A stretch of DNA of 64,000 nt, from contig OZ220709.1 in assembly GCA_965116665.1 (NCBI GenBank), positions 1,940,062 to 2,004,061 on the forward strand. The letters are read 5' to 3'. The position numbers and the translations under genes were made by a program. The notes beneath the pieces were generated by a model. That model searched no databases and was not told the origin of the DNA. It saw only the letters and a program-made list of their open reading frames with translations. Each line of letters opens with the position of its first letter. Positions within the stretch are counted from its first letter, which is position 1. The stretch is from Acidimicrobiales bacterium (GTDB lineage: Bacteria > Actinomycetota > Acidimicrobiia > Acidimicrobiales > Aldehydirespiratoraceae). Shown in pieces: positions 35,876 to 45,050 of this stretch.

Positions 35876-36886
35876 ATGAGCATTCGAGTGGGCATCAACG
35901 GCTTCGGCCGAATCGGCAGGAACTTCTACCGGGCCGCCCGGAGTCAGGGCGCCGACCTGGACGTTGTGGCGGTCAACGACCTCGGGTCTATCGAGACCAT
36001 GGCCCATCTGCTGGCCTACGACTCGGTCCATGGCCGTCTCGGGTCCGGTGTCTCTGTCGACGGCGACGTGCTGAGCGCCGGTGACGATTCGCTGCGGGTG
36101 CTGTCGGTCCGCAACCCCGAGGAACTCCCGTGGGGCGATCTCGGAGTGGATGTGGTGGTGGAGTCCACCGGCATCTTCACCAAGCGCGACGCCGCAGCCC
36201 GCCATCTCGACGGCGGCGCCCCCCGGGTGCTGGTCTCGGCTCCCTGCTCGGGCGCTGACGCCACGTTCGTGGTAGGGGTGAACGACTCGGACTTCGACCC
36301 TGAGAAGCACACGGTGGTGTCGAACGCGTCCTGCACCACCAACTGCTTCGTGCCCATGGTCAAGGTGCTGGACGACGCCTTCGGCGTGGAGCGGGGCCTC
36401 ATGACGACGGTGCACGCCTACACCGGCGACCAGGCCCTGGTGGACGGCCCCCACTCCGACCTCCGGCGGGCGCGGGGGGCGGCAGTCAACATCGTGCCCA
36501 CCTCCACCGGGGCGGCCCGAGCCACCGGACTGGTGCTGGAGGCCATGCAGGGACACCTCGACGGCATCTCGCTGAGGGTGCCCATCCCCGACGGGTCCAT
36601 CACCGACTTCACCGCCAAGCTGGCCTCCGAGCCCAGCGTCGACGAGGTCAACGCTGCGTTCGCCAAGGCCGCCGCCGACGGCCCTCTGGCCGGCGTGCTC
36701 GACTACAGCGAGGCTCCACTGGTGTCGGCGGACATCGTCGGATCACCGGCGTCGTGCGTGTTCGACTCGGGGCTGACCATGGCCATGGGCGACCTGGTGA
36801 AGGTCAACGGCTGGTACGACAACGAGTGGGGGTACTCGAACCGCCTGGTGGACATGGCGATGATCGTCGGCGCGGCCAACCGCTGA
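35876..36886 (+). CDS. gap: type I glyceraldehyde-3-phosphate dehydrogenase
   Basis: INGFGRIGRN and SNASCTTNC (active-site Cys). Confidence 0.95.
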   Translation: MSIRVGINGFGRIGRNFYRAARSQGADLDVVAVNDLGSIETMAHLLAYDSVHGRLGSGVSVDGDVLSAGDDSLRVLSVRNPEELPWGDLGVDVVVESTGIFTKRDAAARHLDGGAPRVLVSAPCSGADATFVVGVNDSDFDPEKHTVVSNASCTTNCFVPMVKVLDDAFGVERGLMTTVHAYTGDQALVDGPHSDLRRARGAAVNIVPTSTGAARATGLVLEAMQGHLDGISLRVPIPDGSITDFTAKLASEPSVDEVNAAFAKAAADGPLAGVLDYSEAPLVSADIVGSPASCVFDSGLTMAMGDLVKVNGWYDNEWGYSNRLVDMAMIVGAANR

Positions 36887-36907
36887 ACGGCCGCCGCGCC
36901 CGCAGCT

Positions 36908-38056
36908 GTGCTGCCCCTTCCCGGCCTGGAGGATCTAGGACCCCTGAACGGCCGTTCCGTGCTGGTGCGAGTCGACTTCAACGTGCCGCTCGCCAGCAGC
37001 GGCGCAGGCTCCGTCGCGGGGATCGCCGACGACCTGCGCATCCGGGCCGCGCTGCCCACGCTGCGCTGGCTCCGGACCCAGGGGGCCGAGGTGTCGGCCT
37101 GCACCCACCTGGGACGCCCCCAGGGCCGCCCTGACCCCCGTTTCTCGGTGGAGCCGGTGCGCCGCAGGCTGGCAGAGCTGGCGCCGGAGGTGAATCTGCT
37201 GGAGAACCTGCGTTTCGATGCGGGTGAGACCGCCGCCGACCCGGCCTTCGTCGACCGCCTCGTCGAGGGCCACGACGCCTACGTGAACGACGCCTTCGGG
37301 GCGTCGCACCGGGCCCACGCCTCGATCATCGGCCCGCCCCAGAGGCTGCCGTCGGCTGCGGGCCGGCTGCTGGCCCGGGAGGTGGAGGTGCTGGGCGGGC
37401 TCCGGGAATCGCCCCGGCGGCCGTTCGTGGCCGTGCTGGGCGGGGCCAAGGTGTCCGACAAGCTCGGCGTGATCGACGCGCTCCTCGAGATGGTGGACTC
37501 GCTGGTGATTGGCGGGGCCATGTGCTTCACGTTCCTCAGGGCCCAGGGACACAGCGTGGGCGCCTCGCTGTGCGAGGACTCGATGGTGGAACGCTGCCAG
37601 GAGCTCCTTGCGGGCGGGACCCCGATCCACCTGCCCTATGACCTGACCGCGCTCGGCCCCGGCGGGGTGCCTGGTGACCCCGCCGCCGGCGGGGAGGTGC
37701 GCCAGGTCGGAGCCGATGTCCCCGACGGCTGGAAGGGCGTGGACATCGGACCGGGGAGCGCGGCCGCCTTCAGCGACGTTGTCCACGAGGCGGGCACGGT
37801 GCTGTGGAACGGGCCGATGGGAGTGTTCGAGGACCCCCGCTTCGGCGGAGGCACCGGCGCGATCGCCGCGGCCATGGCCGAGACCCGGGCCTTCACCGTG
37901 GTCGGTGGCGGCGACAGCGCGGCCGCGGCAAGACGCTTCGGCGTGGACCGCGACATGGACCACGTGTCCACCGGCGGGGGAGCCTCGCTGGAGCTGATAG
38001 AGAAGGGTGACCTGCCGGGACTGGCGGCACTCAGAGGAGCAATCAATGCGACCTAG
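36908..38056 (+). CDS. pgk: phosphoglycerate kinase
   Basis: VLVRVDFNVPL with a GTG start; 382 aa; conserved gap-pgk-tpiA order. Confidence 0.95.
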   Translation: MLPLPGLEDLGPLNGRSVLVRVDFNVPLASSGAGSVAGIADDLRIRAALPTLRWLRTQGAEVSACTHLGRPQGRPDPRFSVEPVRRRLAELAPEVNLLENLRFDAGETAADPAFVDRLVEGHDAYVNDAFGASHRAHASIIGPPQRLPSAAGRLLAREVEVLGGLRESPRRPFVAVLGGAKVSDKLGVIDALLEMVDSLVIGGAMCFTFLRAQGHSVGASLCEDSMVERCQELLAGGTPIHLPYDLTALGPGGVPGDPAAGGEVRQVGADVPDGWKGVDIGPGSAAAFSDVVHEAGTVLWNGPMGVFEDPRFGGGTGAIAAAMAETRAFTVVGGGDSAAAARRFGVDRDMDHVSTGGGASLELIEKGDLPGLAALRGAINAT

Positions 38057-38882
38057 ACGCAGGGCGGCGGGGCGCGAACCGGCGGGCACCGGACGCACGA
38101 AACCGGGCCGGATGCCGCTGATCAGCGGCAACTGGAAGATGAACCACAACCACTTCGAGGCGATCCAGACGATCCAGAAGCTGGCCTACGCGCTGAACTC
38201 CGACGACTACCAGCACGTGGACGTGTCCGTGCATCCGCCGTTCACCGACCTGCGTTCGGTGCAGACCGTGCTGCAGGCCGACGACATCCCGATCGCGCTG
38301 GGCGCCCAGGACTGCCACACCGCCGATTCCGGCGCCTTCACCGGCGAGGTGTCGGCCGTCATGCTGGCCAAGCTGGACGTGGCCTACGTCATCGTCGGGC
38401 ACAGCGAGCGCCGGGGGTTGTTCGGCGAGGACGATGCGCTGGTCAACGCCAAGGCTCGGGCCGTTCTGCGCCACGGCATGGTGCCCATCGTGTGTGTGGG
38501 CGAGACGATCGAGCAGCGCCGGGCCGGCCAGGCCCACGACGTGGTGGCCGGCCAGCTGACCGGCAGTCTCGACGGGCTCGACGCCGAGGTGGTGGCCGGG
38601 CTGGTGGTGGCGTACGAGCCGGTTTGGGCCATAGGCACCGGAGAGACGGCTACCCCCGTCGATGCCCAGGACATGTGCAGCCACGTGCGGTCGCTGGTGG
38701 CGGCCGGCTGGGGGAGCGACGCCGCGGCGGCGCTGCGGATCCAGTACGGAGGGTCGGTCAAGCCGTCGAACGCCCCGGATCTGATGGAGCGGCCCGACAT
38801 CGATGGCGCCCTGGTGGGCGGAGCCAGCCTGGACGCTGCCGACTTCGCCCGCATTGTGAACTACCGCCTGTACGCGGCCTGA
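38046..38882 (+). CDS. tpiA: triosephosphate isomerase
   Basis: ISGNWKMN and VAYEPVWAIGTG. The start is set at ATG 38046 (AGGAG 7 nt upstream, overlapping the pgk end). An alternative ATG at 38112 would remove a 22-aa basic N-terminal extension. Confidence 0.9.
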   Translation: MRPRRRAAGREPAGTGRTKPGRMPLISGNWKMNHNHFEAIQTIQKLAYALNSDDYQHVDVSVHPPFTDLRSVQTVLQADDIPIALGAQDCHTADSGAFTGEVSAVMLAKLDVAYVIVGHSERRGLFGEDDALVNAKARAVLRHGMVPIVCVGETIEQRRAGQAHDVVAGQLTGSLDGLDAEVVAGLVVAYEPVWAIGTGETATPVDAQDMCSHVRSLVAAGWGSDAAAALRIQYGGSVKPSNAPDLMERPDIDGALVGGASLDAADFARIVNYRLYAA

Positions 38883-38948
38883 GCTACCCCGCGCCCGGCG
38901 GCACCGGCGGCAGCGGAGCGGGAGCGTGAGACTGGTAGCCTCGGCACC

Positions 38949-39173
38949 GTGATCTGGTTCATCGCCCCGGTGCAGGTGATCTCCGCGCTCGTGCTGGTGT
39001 TCCTGGTGCTGCTGCACAGTGGCAAGGGCGGCGGCCTGTCGGACATGTTCGGCGGCGGGCTCGGCGCACAGGCCGCCGGATCCACCGTGGTGGAGCGCAA
39101 CCTGGATCGCATCACCGTCGTCGCCGCGCTGGTCTTCGCGTTCGCCTCCATCTCCTACGCCCTGGTCGCCTGA
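38949..39173 (+). CDS. secG: preprotein translocase subunit SecG
   Basis: 74 aa with two TM segments and LLHSGKGGGLS. Confidence 0.85.
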   Translation: MIWFIAPVQVISALVLVFLVLLHSGKGGGLSDMFGGGLGAQAAGSTVVERNLDRITVVAALVFAFASISYALVA

Positions 39174-39222
39174 GCAGAGCCGGAAGCGGAGTTCCCGGAC
39201 CGTGGGAGCCGCCGGCAGCCGG

Positions 39223-39915
39223 TCAGGCGACAGTGAACGCGACCAGGTAGGCCAGGTGGTTGGGGTTGCCGACGTCGATGTTCTCGTACACCTGTCGCAG
39301 CCGTACCTCGAGGCTCTCGATCACGCCTTCGGCGGCGTAGCGCTCGAAGCGATCCTTGAATCCGTTGGACTCGAAGAGCGCGGAGTTGACCCCGACCACG
39401 CCGGCAGAGCCCGAACGAACCACTCGCAACAGCTCCGACAACGCTTCGGGCCCGAGGTGTCCGTGAGTGAACACGCCCGAGCTGACGATGCCTGCGTAAC
39501 TGCCGGTCTCGAGATCGATGGATCCGGTGAGGTCGGCTTCCATGAGGCGGCGGTAGGAGGGTGCGCCGTCGGGTCCTGACATGGTGCGGGCCTTGTCCAG
39601 CATTTCGGGCGAGATGTCGATCCCGTCGACGGGCGAGATCCCGAGCCGGGAAAGCTCCAGCCCAACACGGCCGGTGCCGCAGCCCGCGTCGAGCACGGCC
39701 CCGGTGCGCGCCGGTGACCGCTCTGCGAAGATCTCGGCCACCTGCCGCGCGTAGATGTAGCGGTTGTCGTCGAGGAACTGCTCGTAGGTGGCCGCCCACT
39801 TGGCGTACAACTCCCGGTTGTCGTCGGGGTTCTTGACCGCGTAGGCGGCGTTGAGGCAAGCGGCCAGTTCGGTGTCGGCTTCGTCGGCTGCTCGGGGCGT
39901 GCGCTCGTCCGTCAC
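39223..39915 (-). CDS. class I SAM-dependent methyltransferase
   Basis: VLDAGCGTGRVGLEL (motif I). Confidence 0.8.
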   Translation of the reverse strand: MTDERTPRAADEADTELAACLNAAYAVKNPDDNRELYAKWAATYEQFLDDNRYIYARQVAEIFAERSPARTGAVLDAGCGTGRVGLELSRLGISPVDGIDISPEMLDKARTMSGPDGAPSYRRLMEADLTGSIDLETGSYAGIVSSGVFTHGHLGPEALSELLRVVRSGSAGVVGVNSALFESNGFKDRFERYAAEGVIESLEVRLRQVYENIDVGNPNHLAYLVAFTVA

Positions 39916-39934
39916 GGACAGAACGCTAGCTGCG

Positions 39935-40111
39935 TCAGAGCGCGGGGTGAGCGGGGCGGCGGGTCTCCCACTCTGCGAGCTGGCGCCGCACTCGGTCGAC
40001 GTCCTCGCGGCTGACGGGCCGGGAGATCGAGACGTGGTCGTCGCCGGCCCTGACGGTGAAGCGGAAGCCTCCGGAGGAGGCGGGGGCCGGACCGCTGCCG
40101 TTGTTGCTCAT
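39935..40111 (-). CDS. hypothetical small protein (58 aa)
   Basis: Own translation: MSNNGSGPAPASSGGFRFTVRAGDDHVSISRPVSREDVDRVRRQLAEWETRRPAHPAL. Its ATG overlaps the upstream stop as ATGA. It falls below the track's length cut-off. Confidence 0.4.
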   Translation of the reverse strand: MSNNGSGPAPASSGGFRFTVRAGDDHVSISRPVSREDVDRVRRQLAEWETRRPAHPAL

Positions 40112-40401
40112 GTTTCCTCCTTGGGTGGTCTCGGCGTTATCCGCCCGTGTTGCTGCTCGTACCGGTCGATGTTGGCCGACATGGCCTGGACGATCCGGAA
40201 CATGGCGCTGGTCGGGATCTTCATCCGCGCCACCACCAGCACATCGTGGGCGTCGCCTTCATGAGTCGGTGAACGGTGCGACGTGAAATCAATCGTGAAC
40301 TCATGCGGGGTGTTCCACACGAGCGCGCCGTTGGCGTAGGTGCCGCCCATGGGAACCGACTCACTGAACGTGACATCCATGACTGTATCATCTGATGCCA
40401 T
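40108..40401 (-). CDS. DUF3467-like protein
   Basis: The start is trimmed to MASDDTV. YANGALVWNTPHEFTIDF...VVARMKIPTSAMFRIVQAMSANIDRYEQQHG resembles the DUF3467 family as I remember it. Confidence 0.65.
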   Translation of the reverse strand: MASDDTVMDVTFSESVPMGGTYANGALVWNTPHEFTIDFTSHRSPTHEGDAHDVLVVARMKIPTSAMFRIVQAMSANIDRYEQQHGRITPRPPKEET

Positions 40402-40565
40402 GTCATGCACTATACCGTGCTGACAGTCTCTTGCGCAACATGCCCGTTGAAGAGATGGCAGATTCCCCGCCCGTAGCTCCATCGTCGCCGATGGAACGGC
40501 CGGTGGAATAGCGACCGCCTGCGTAAGGTTCACACCCAGATGGCACGAGCAAGAAACTCCACCTA

Positions 40566-41201
40566 ATGGCGCTGACGACACCCAAGACCCGAGCCGAGGC
40601 CTTGACCCGGCAGAAGTGGCTGACGGCTGCCACCATCGGCTGGAACGTCGTCGAGGGCGTGGTCGCGGTAGCGGCGGGTGTCGCCGCAGGGTCGGTGAGC
40701 CTCATCGGCTTCGGGCTGGACTCCGGCATCGAGGTCTCGGCCGCGGCGATCCTGGCATGGAGGCTGGCCCAGGAGCGCCGCGCGGGCTGCAAGCAGGACG
40801 CCGACAAGCGGGCCCAGCGCCTGATCGCGGTGAGCTTCGCGGCCCTGGCCCTCTACGTCGGGGTGGAGTCGGTGCGCGACCTGATCCTCGCCGACCAACC
40901 CGACGCGTCGCTGACCGGGATCGTGATCGCCGCCCTGTCGCTGGTGGTGATGCCCGTCCTGGCCCGAACCAAGCGGAGGCTGGCCCCGCTGATGGGTTCG
41001 CGGGCGGTGGAGGCCGAGGCAAAGCAGACGTTGCTGTGTGCGCTCATGTCAGGCGGGCTGCTGGTGGGCCTGGGCGCCAATGCCGCCTTGGGATGGTGGT
41101 GGGCCGACCCGCTGGCCGGGCTGTTCATCGCCTCACTGGCCGCCTACGAGACCGTGTCGGTGTGGCGGGCCGACTCCCTTCAAGACACCTGCTGCGCCTG
41201 A
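40566..41201 (+). CDS. cation-diffusion-facilitator-like membrane protein (TM domain only)
   Basis: 211 aa with about 5-6 TM helices. AATIGWNVVEGVVAVAAGVAAGSVSLIGFGLDSGIE resembles CDF TM1-2. There is no cytoplasmic C-terminal domain. Confidence 0.65.
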   Translation: MALTTPKTRAEALTRQKWLTAATIGWNVVEGVVAVAAGVAAGSVSLIGFGLDSGIEVSAAAILAWRLAQERRAGCKQDADKRAQRLIAVSFAALALYVGVESVRDLILADQPDASLTGIVIAALSLVVMPVLARTKRRLAPLMGSRAVEAEAKQTLLCALMSGGLLVGLGANAALGWWWADPLAGLFIASLAAYETVSVWRADSLQDTCCA

Positions 41202-41251
41202 GTTCGGCCCGTGGTGGCGGGCACCCTCGCCGCTAGCATCGGACGGCTCAC

Positions 41252-41336
41252 GTCGGAGTGGCGGAATTGGCAGACGCGCTAGCTTGAGGGGCTAGTGCCC
41301 AGATTGGGCGTGGGGGTTCAAGTCCCCCCTCCGACA
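41252..41336 (+). tRNA. tRNA-Leu (anticodon GAG), long variable arm
   Basis: Folded by hand. The acceptor is GTCGGAG/CTCCGAC. The anticodon stem CTAGC/GCTAG has loop TTGAGGG (anticodon GAG). There is a long variable arm, the T-arm is GGGGG-TTCAAGT-CCCCC, and the discriminator is A. Confidence 0.9.
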
Positions 41337-41353
41337 CTAATATAATACAAAAA

Positions 41354-41380
41354 ATGGGGGATTATATATGAAGGTTGCGA
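41354..41380. repeat. terminal inverted repeat (distal from tnp)
   Basis: See the mobile element entry. It lies 17 bp after the end of tRNA-Leu. Confidence 0.8.
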
Positions 41381-41411
41381 GGGTGGGTCGGGCCAACCCA
41401 ACTTTGGTCGA

Positions 41412-41678
41412 TTAGGTAGCCGGGTAAATCTTGGCGTTGAGTTCCTCAATGAGGCTCTTGCCGTCGGTGACCTTCCACTCGTAGGACGCTCCGCTGGTGT
41501 CGAGGCGCACCCGGTCGCGTCCGACGCGGCGGTCGTGGTGCACAGCGGTGATGGCCCGGATCGGGATGGTCTGGGTGTCGTCGCGGCCCAGCCGCTTGCG
41601 CAGAGTGCGCACGATACGGTCGTCGAGGATCTCGACGGTGCCGTTGCGGCCACTCTCGTGGATTCTGTAGGTAGCCAT
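41412..41678 (-). CDS. hypothetical protein (88 aa), possibly bacterial PH-like
   Basis: GTVEILDDRIVRTLRKRLGRDDTQTIPIRAITAVHHDRR...VRLDTSGASYEWKV. The pattern resembles short bacterial PH-domain proteins, which is a weak assignment. Confidence 0.45.
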   Translation of the reverse strand: MATYRIHESGRNGTVEILDDRIVRTLRKRLGRDDTQTIPIRAITAVHHDRRVGRDRVRLDTSGASYEWKVTDGKSLIEELNAKIYPAT

Positions 41679-41855
41679 TGCTAATCGGTGTCGGTGGGTG
41701 TGGTCCGTCGTAGCAATGCGCCGACAACTTGTTCGGGGGTGGCGTCGGGGTCTTGTTGCAACACTGGCGGTGGCATCGACGACTCGCGTTCGGGATGGCC
41801 ACGGTCGGAGTCAGTTGCGGTCATGACATGGCCTCTCTCGTGTCGTTCGCCGCAT

Positions 41856-43544
41856 CTACTCTAGCCGTTCGATCATCACTGTGATTTCGGGTTGGCCATC
41901 GGTGCCGACGTTGCGGTCCACGACTGAGATGCGATAGCCGTGGGCGGTGAGTTCGGTGGTGTAGTAGTCGTTCACTGGGATACCGGTTTGCGGCCATCCG
42001 CCGCTGGGGGTGAACCATTGGCCTACATGGCCCAGCGGGCTGTGGCTCGTCGTGATCTGGGCATGCTCGGCTGGGGTGACCATCGCGGTGGTCGGATTCA
42101 GCATACGTTGCGGTCTGTTGCCTGTCGGCAGTGTGGTGTCAACTGCGTAGACGATGACATCGCCGATCTCGCGGGTTGTACGCTCTGTCGGGAGTTCTCG
42201 GGGTCCGCACCGCGGAGTGTCGGATCGTCCCTTGGCGGTAAACGGATCGGCCTCGACGACCAGCGCGGTCGTGGCCGAGGTCGGAATGATGGCAATGACT
42301 GGGGCTGCCGCGGCCGTCCCCCATATGGGTCCGCCGGATCTCCAGCAGTTCGCTCCCGGTGATCCCGCGGGGTACAGGTCGCGGTACGGTTGATATGGCA
42401 CCGACTCGACGTGTTGGTGCGGACGCAGAACCACGGTCGTGGGCTCCGTGGGTGTGATGCATGCCACTTCGGGGCCGTCGAGCCATCCGAGCAGCCACTT
42501 GTTCCATCCGGTGACCGGCTCGTGCATCCGCTGATGATGCAATCCGCTGGTGCTGCCGCGTCCCCATCCGTAGGCCCGCAACCCCATCATGGACCATTCA
42601 CCACCCGCAGATGACGGGTCGCGTTCGGTGGTGGCATACAGATCATCGAGTCCGAGCATGTGCAACAGTTCGTGAGTGGCCGCTGACCTGGCCCAGTAGA
42701 AGCGGATGTCGGGGTCCAGGGGGTTGTCGGGTCGTGGTCCTTCGACTCCGACGACGGCGGAGCTGCCAGTCTGGAACGACGTGGTCGCGTGCTCCACCGT
42801 CGTGGCGGTGAATATCATCATGTTGGCCATGTCGGGATGCGTCTTGCGGACCTCGGCGATGAGCCCCAGCCGTATCCGGTTGCCCAAGAAATCCGGGCCG
42901 ATGGTGTAGTCGTCGGGGTTCGCGTTCAGGATGATGTCGTCGTGCTGGTAGAACACCACGTCGGTGCGGCCATGGGATAGCTGTTCGATCTGCGTCTCGA
43001 CCGCGGCGAGGACTTCGTCGCGGCGGAACTCCGGGACGGGCAGATCATCGAAGAACCCCGGCGGATCGAAACCGACCGAGACGACATTGACATCGAACCG
43101 TTCGACGGGATTCCCCGGATATGTGTAGCTGGACGTGCGACGCAGAGCGCGGCAAGCATCGGTGTCCACTGATCCATGGTTGGGCACCGGCTGGGTCGGC
43201 GTTCCCGTGGATGCGTCGGCGTCGTTGATGGCTTTGAGCAATGCCATCATGTCGCCGCGGGTGAACCCGGGCGATTCGTCGGCTTGGAGTATCTGGTCGT
43301 AGTAGCGGTCCATGAACACCAGCGCGTGGCTTTTCGACAACGGCTGCTCCGGCCGGAACGTGCCGTCGGTGTAGCCCGCGGTGATCCCTACCTCAGCCGC
43401 CCACTCAATGGCGTCCACTTCGGGATGATCCGACGGCACATCCGGGAACCGCTGCACCGTCTGCGCGGTGACAGCGCCCCCCACCATGAGCATGAGCGCC
43501 GCAACGGCCACAGTGACGACGGTTCGGCGAATGGGTCTGGGCAT
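41856..43544 (-). CDS. secreted SLH-domain + M6 (InhA)-like zinc metalloprotease
   Basis: It has a signal-peptide-like N-terminus (VVTVAVAALMLMVGGAVTAQ) and an SLH motif (FPDVPSDHPEVDAIEWAAEVGITAGYTDGTFRP). HELLHMLGLDDLY resembles the M6 HEFGHxLGLPDLY zinc site. Confidence 0.7.
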   Translation of the reverse strand: MPRPIRRTVVTVAVAALMLMVGGAVTAQTVQRFPDVPSDHPEVDAIEWAAEVGITAGYTDGTFRPEQPLSKSHALVFMDRYYDQILQADESPGFTRGDMMALLKAINDADASTGTPTQPVPNHGSVDTDACRALRRTSSYTYPGNPVERFDVNVVSVGFDPPGFFDDLPVPEFRRDEVLAAVETQIEQLSHGRTDVVFYQHDDIILNANPDDYTIGPDFLGNRIRLGLIAEVRKTHPDMANMMIFTATTVEHATTSFQTGSSAVVGVEGPRPDNPLDPDIRFYWARSAATHELLHMLGLDDLYATTERDPSSAGGEWSMMGLRAYGWGRGSTSGLHHQRMHEPVTGWNKWLLGWLDGPEVACITPTEPTTVVLRPHQHVESVPYQPYRDLYPAGSPGANCWRSGGPIWGTAAAAPVIAIIPTSATTALVVEADPFTAKGRSDTPRCGPRELPTERTTREIGDVIVYAVDTTLPTGNRPQRMLNPTTAMVTPAEHAQITTSHSPLGHVGQWFTPSGGWPQTGIPVNDYYTTELTAHGYRISVVDRNVGTDGQPEITVMIERLE

Positions 43545-43574
43545 GGTGGCTCCCCTCGTGTGGGCTGGGTGTCG

Positions 43575-43688
43575 TGTCGTATCAACACCGTGTGCCGGAC
43601 CCGAGGGGAGCCATGCGGCATCCTCAACCCACTAGGTGGTGGTCTGGCACGAGAAGATCCACGACCGGACCTCGGTGTTGATACGACA
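43575..43688. repeat. 16-bp perfect inverted repeat flanking an 82-nt spacer in the protease upstream region
   Basis: TGTCGTATCAACACCG (43575-43590) and CGGTGTTGATACGACA (43673-43688). Confidence 0.8.
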
Positions 43689-43851
43689 GCACCGACCCTA
43701 GAACATCGAGGCCAGCCCGGCAGTCTGACGGGTCGCCCATGGCCGAATGCAGCCCCCATAAGCTCGCGCTAAGCGCGAACAAGCCGGGACTCGGAATCCC
43801 GGCTTGCAAGCGATCTCACCCGACGAGTCGGGAGAAAGGATCAATCAAGTC

Positions 43852-44052
43852 ATGAAGACTCTAGATGAGCGCGTGGATGAACGCAAGGACAGACACCCGT
43901 TCGGGTTCGTGTCCAGCGGTGCCTACCCGCTGCACCGCCAGAAGATCAAGGGACGCATCCTCGACGAAGCCGTCGCCGAGACCGAAGCCAAGATCGCAGA
44001 GTACGACAAGCTGATCGAAGCTGAGGCTCAGGCAGCTACGAGTTCGCGGTAG
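43852..44052 (+). CDS. hypothetical small protein (66 aa)
   Basis: ATG preceded by GGAGAAAGGA. The sequence is a charged helix (ILDEAVAETEAKIAEYDKLIEAEAQ). The 3-prime end overlaps the convergent tnp by 25 nt. Confidence 0.35.
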   Translation: MKTLDERVDERKDRHPFGFVSSGAYPLHRQKIKGRILDEAVAETEAKIAEYDKLIEAEAQAATSSR

Positions 44053-44993
44053 GTGATGTCGCGGCCGAACATCGAGGCCACCACTGCGGCCATCTGGTCG
44101 GCGGTGTCGGCGTCACGGATGTTGCGCTTCGCCGCGAACGAGTCCACGTAGCGTTGCAGATGCTTGACGGACAGTTTGTGGTAGACGCCCTTGTGGGCTC
44201 GCTTCAATGTGGACCACAGCGACTCGATGGCGTTGGTGTCGATGTTCACGCCGTCCAGATAGCGGACGTACTCACCCGCCGAGTGGCGCACCGTTTCGTG
44301 ATGCGGCAGATGATGGTAGGCGCGGGCATCATCCGAGTAGACCGTCGCAGATGCAGCAACGTGGTCGGCCAGGAACGCCCCAGTCGTCGCGGCGTCCACT
44401 CGGTCGATGACCGCGGCAGTGACCTTGCCGGTCGCTCTGTCGCGAGCCCCGATCACTGCGGTCTTGCCCACCGGACCACGGCCAGCGTTCAGCCGCTTGT
44501 TGGCGTGCTTGTTGCGTTCCAGCCCGCCCACGAACGTCTCATCAACCTCGACCGGGCCTGCCATCTCCACGACATCGGCCAGCACCGCGAATGCTTCGCG
44601 GATGCGGTGCAACATGTACCAGGCCGTCTTCTGTGTCACGCCGATGTCGCGGTGCAGCTTCATGGACGAGACGCCCTTCAGTGAGGTCAGTTCCAGATAG
44701 ATGGCGATGGCCCACTTGCGCAGCCCGATCTTGGACGACGCGATGGCCGTGCCGGTCTTGACGGAGAAATACTGGGAGCAGTCGCGGCACCGGTACGGCA
44801 TCGACCGATGCACCGCCTCGATGGTGTTCGCAGAGTCGCAATGACCGCAGCGCCGTCCGGCGGGCCAGATGATCGACTCGAACCAGACACGGGCCGCGTC
44901 ATCGGTCGGGAACCGGTCCATCAACTCGATCAGATCAATGCCCCGACGATGGTTGCGACCGGGTGCTTTATGCGTCTCTACCTCGGGGTTCAT
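44028..44993 (-). CDS. tnp: IS1595-family transposase
   Basis: An N-terminal zinc ribbon (RRCGHCDSANTIEAVHRSMPYRCRDCSQYFSVKTGT), then an ISXO2-like DDE domain (GPVEVDETFVGG...VYSDDARAY). Confidence 0.9.
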   Translation of the reverse strand: MNPEVETHKAPGRNHRRGIDLIELMDRFPTDDAARVWFESIIWPAGRRCGHCDSANTIEAVHRSMPYRCRDCSQYFSVKTGTAIASSKIGLRKWAIAIYLELTSLKGVSSMKLHRDIGVTQKTAWYMLHRIREAFAVLADVVEMAGPVEVDETFVGGLERNKHANKRLNAGRGPVGKTAVIGARDRATGKVTAAVIDRVDAATTGAFLADHVAASATVYSDDARAYHHLPHHETVRHSAGEYVRYLDGVNIDTNAIESLWSTLKRAHKGVYHKLSVKHLQRYVDSFAAKRNIRDADTADQMAAVVASMFGRDITYRELVAA

Positions 44994-45023
44994 ACCCCTT
45001 AGTGTACCGCACTTCTACGACAT

Positions 45024-45050
45024 TCGCAACCTTAGTATATAATCCCCCAT
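45024..45050. repeat. terminal inverted repeat (tnp-proximal)
   Basis: TCGCAACCTTAGTATATAATCCCCCAT. See the mobile element entry. Confidence 0.8.

Larger units (their letters stand above)
41354..45050 (-). mobile_element. IS1595-family element with ~2.6 kb of passenger DNA, bounded by 27-bp terminal inverted repeats
   Basis: ATGGGGGATTATATATGAAGGTTGCGA (41354-41380) matches the reverse complement of 45024-45050 at 25 of 27 positions. The transposase gene starts 57 bp inside the right IR. No IR copy was found near the 3-prime end of tnp. Confidence 0.75.

Noticed and set aside
40402-40565. A possible metal (NiCo/czcD-type) riboswitch in the 164-nt leader of the CDF-like transporter. Local hairpins are TCTCTT...AAGAGA, flanked by GACAG/GGCAG, and CCATCG-TCGC-CGATGG.
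   Set aside because: I cannot align it convincingly to the czcD-motif consensus from memory, and the region also has to hold two divergent promoters. It needs Rfam cmscan (RF02683 and others) before any call.
41856-43544. A claim that the IS passenger protease is compositionally foreign.
   Set aside because: Hand counts of two 60-nt lines gave 63% and 67% G+C, which is not clearly different from the backbone. Only the nuclease and HicAB region showed a convincing drop.
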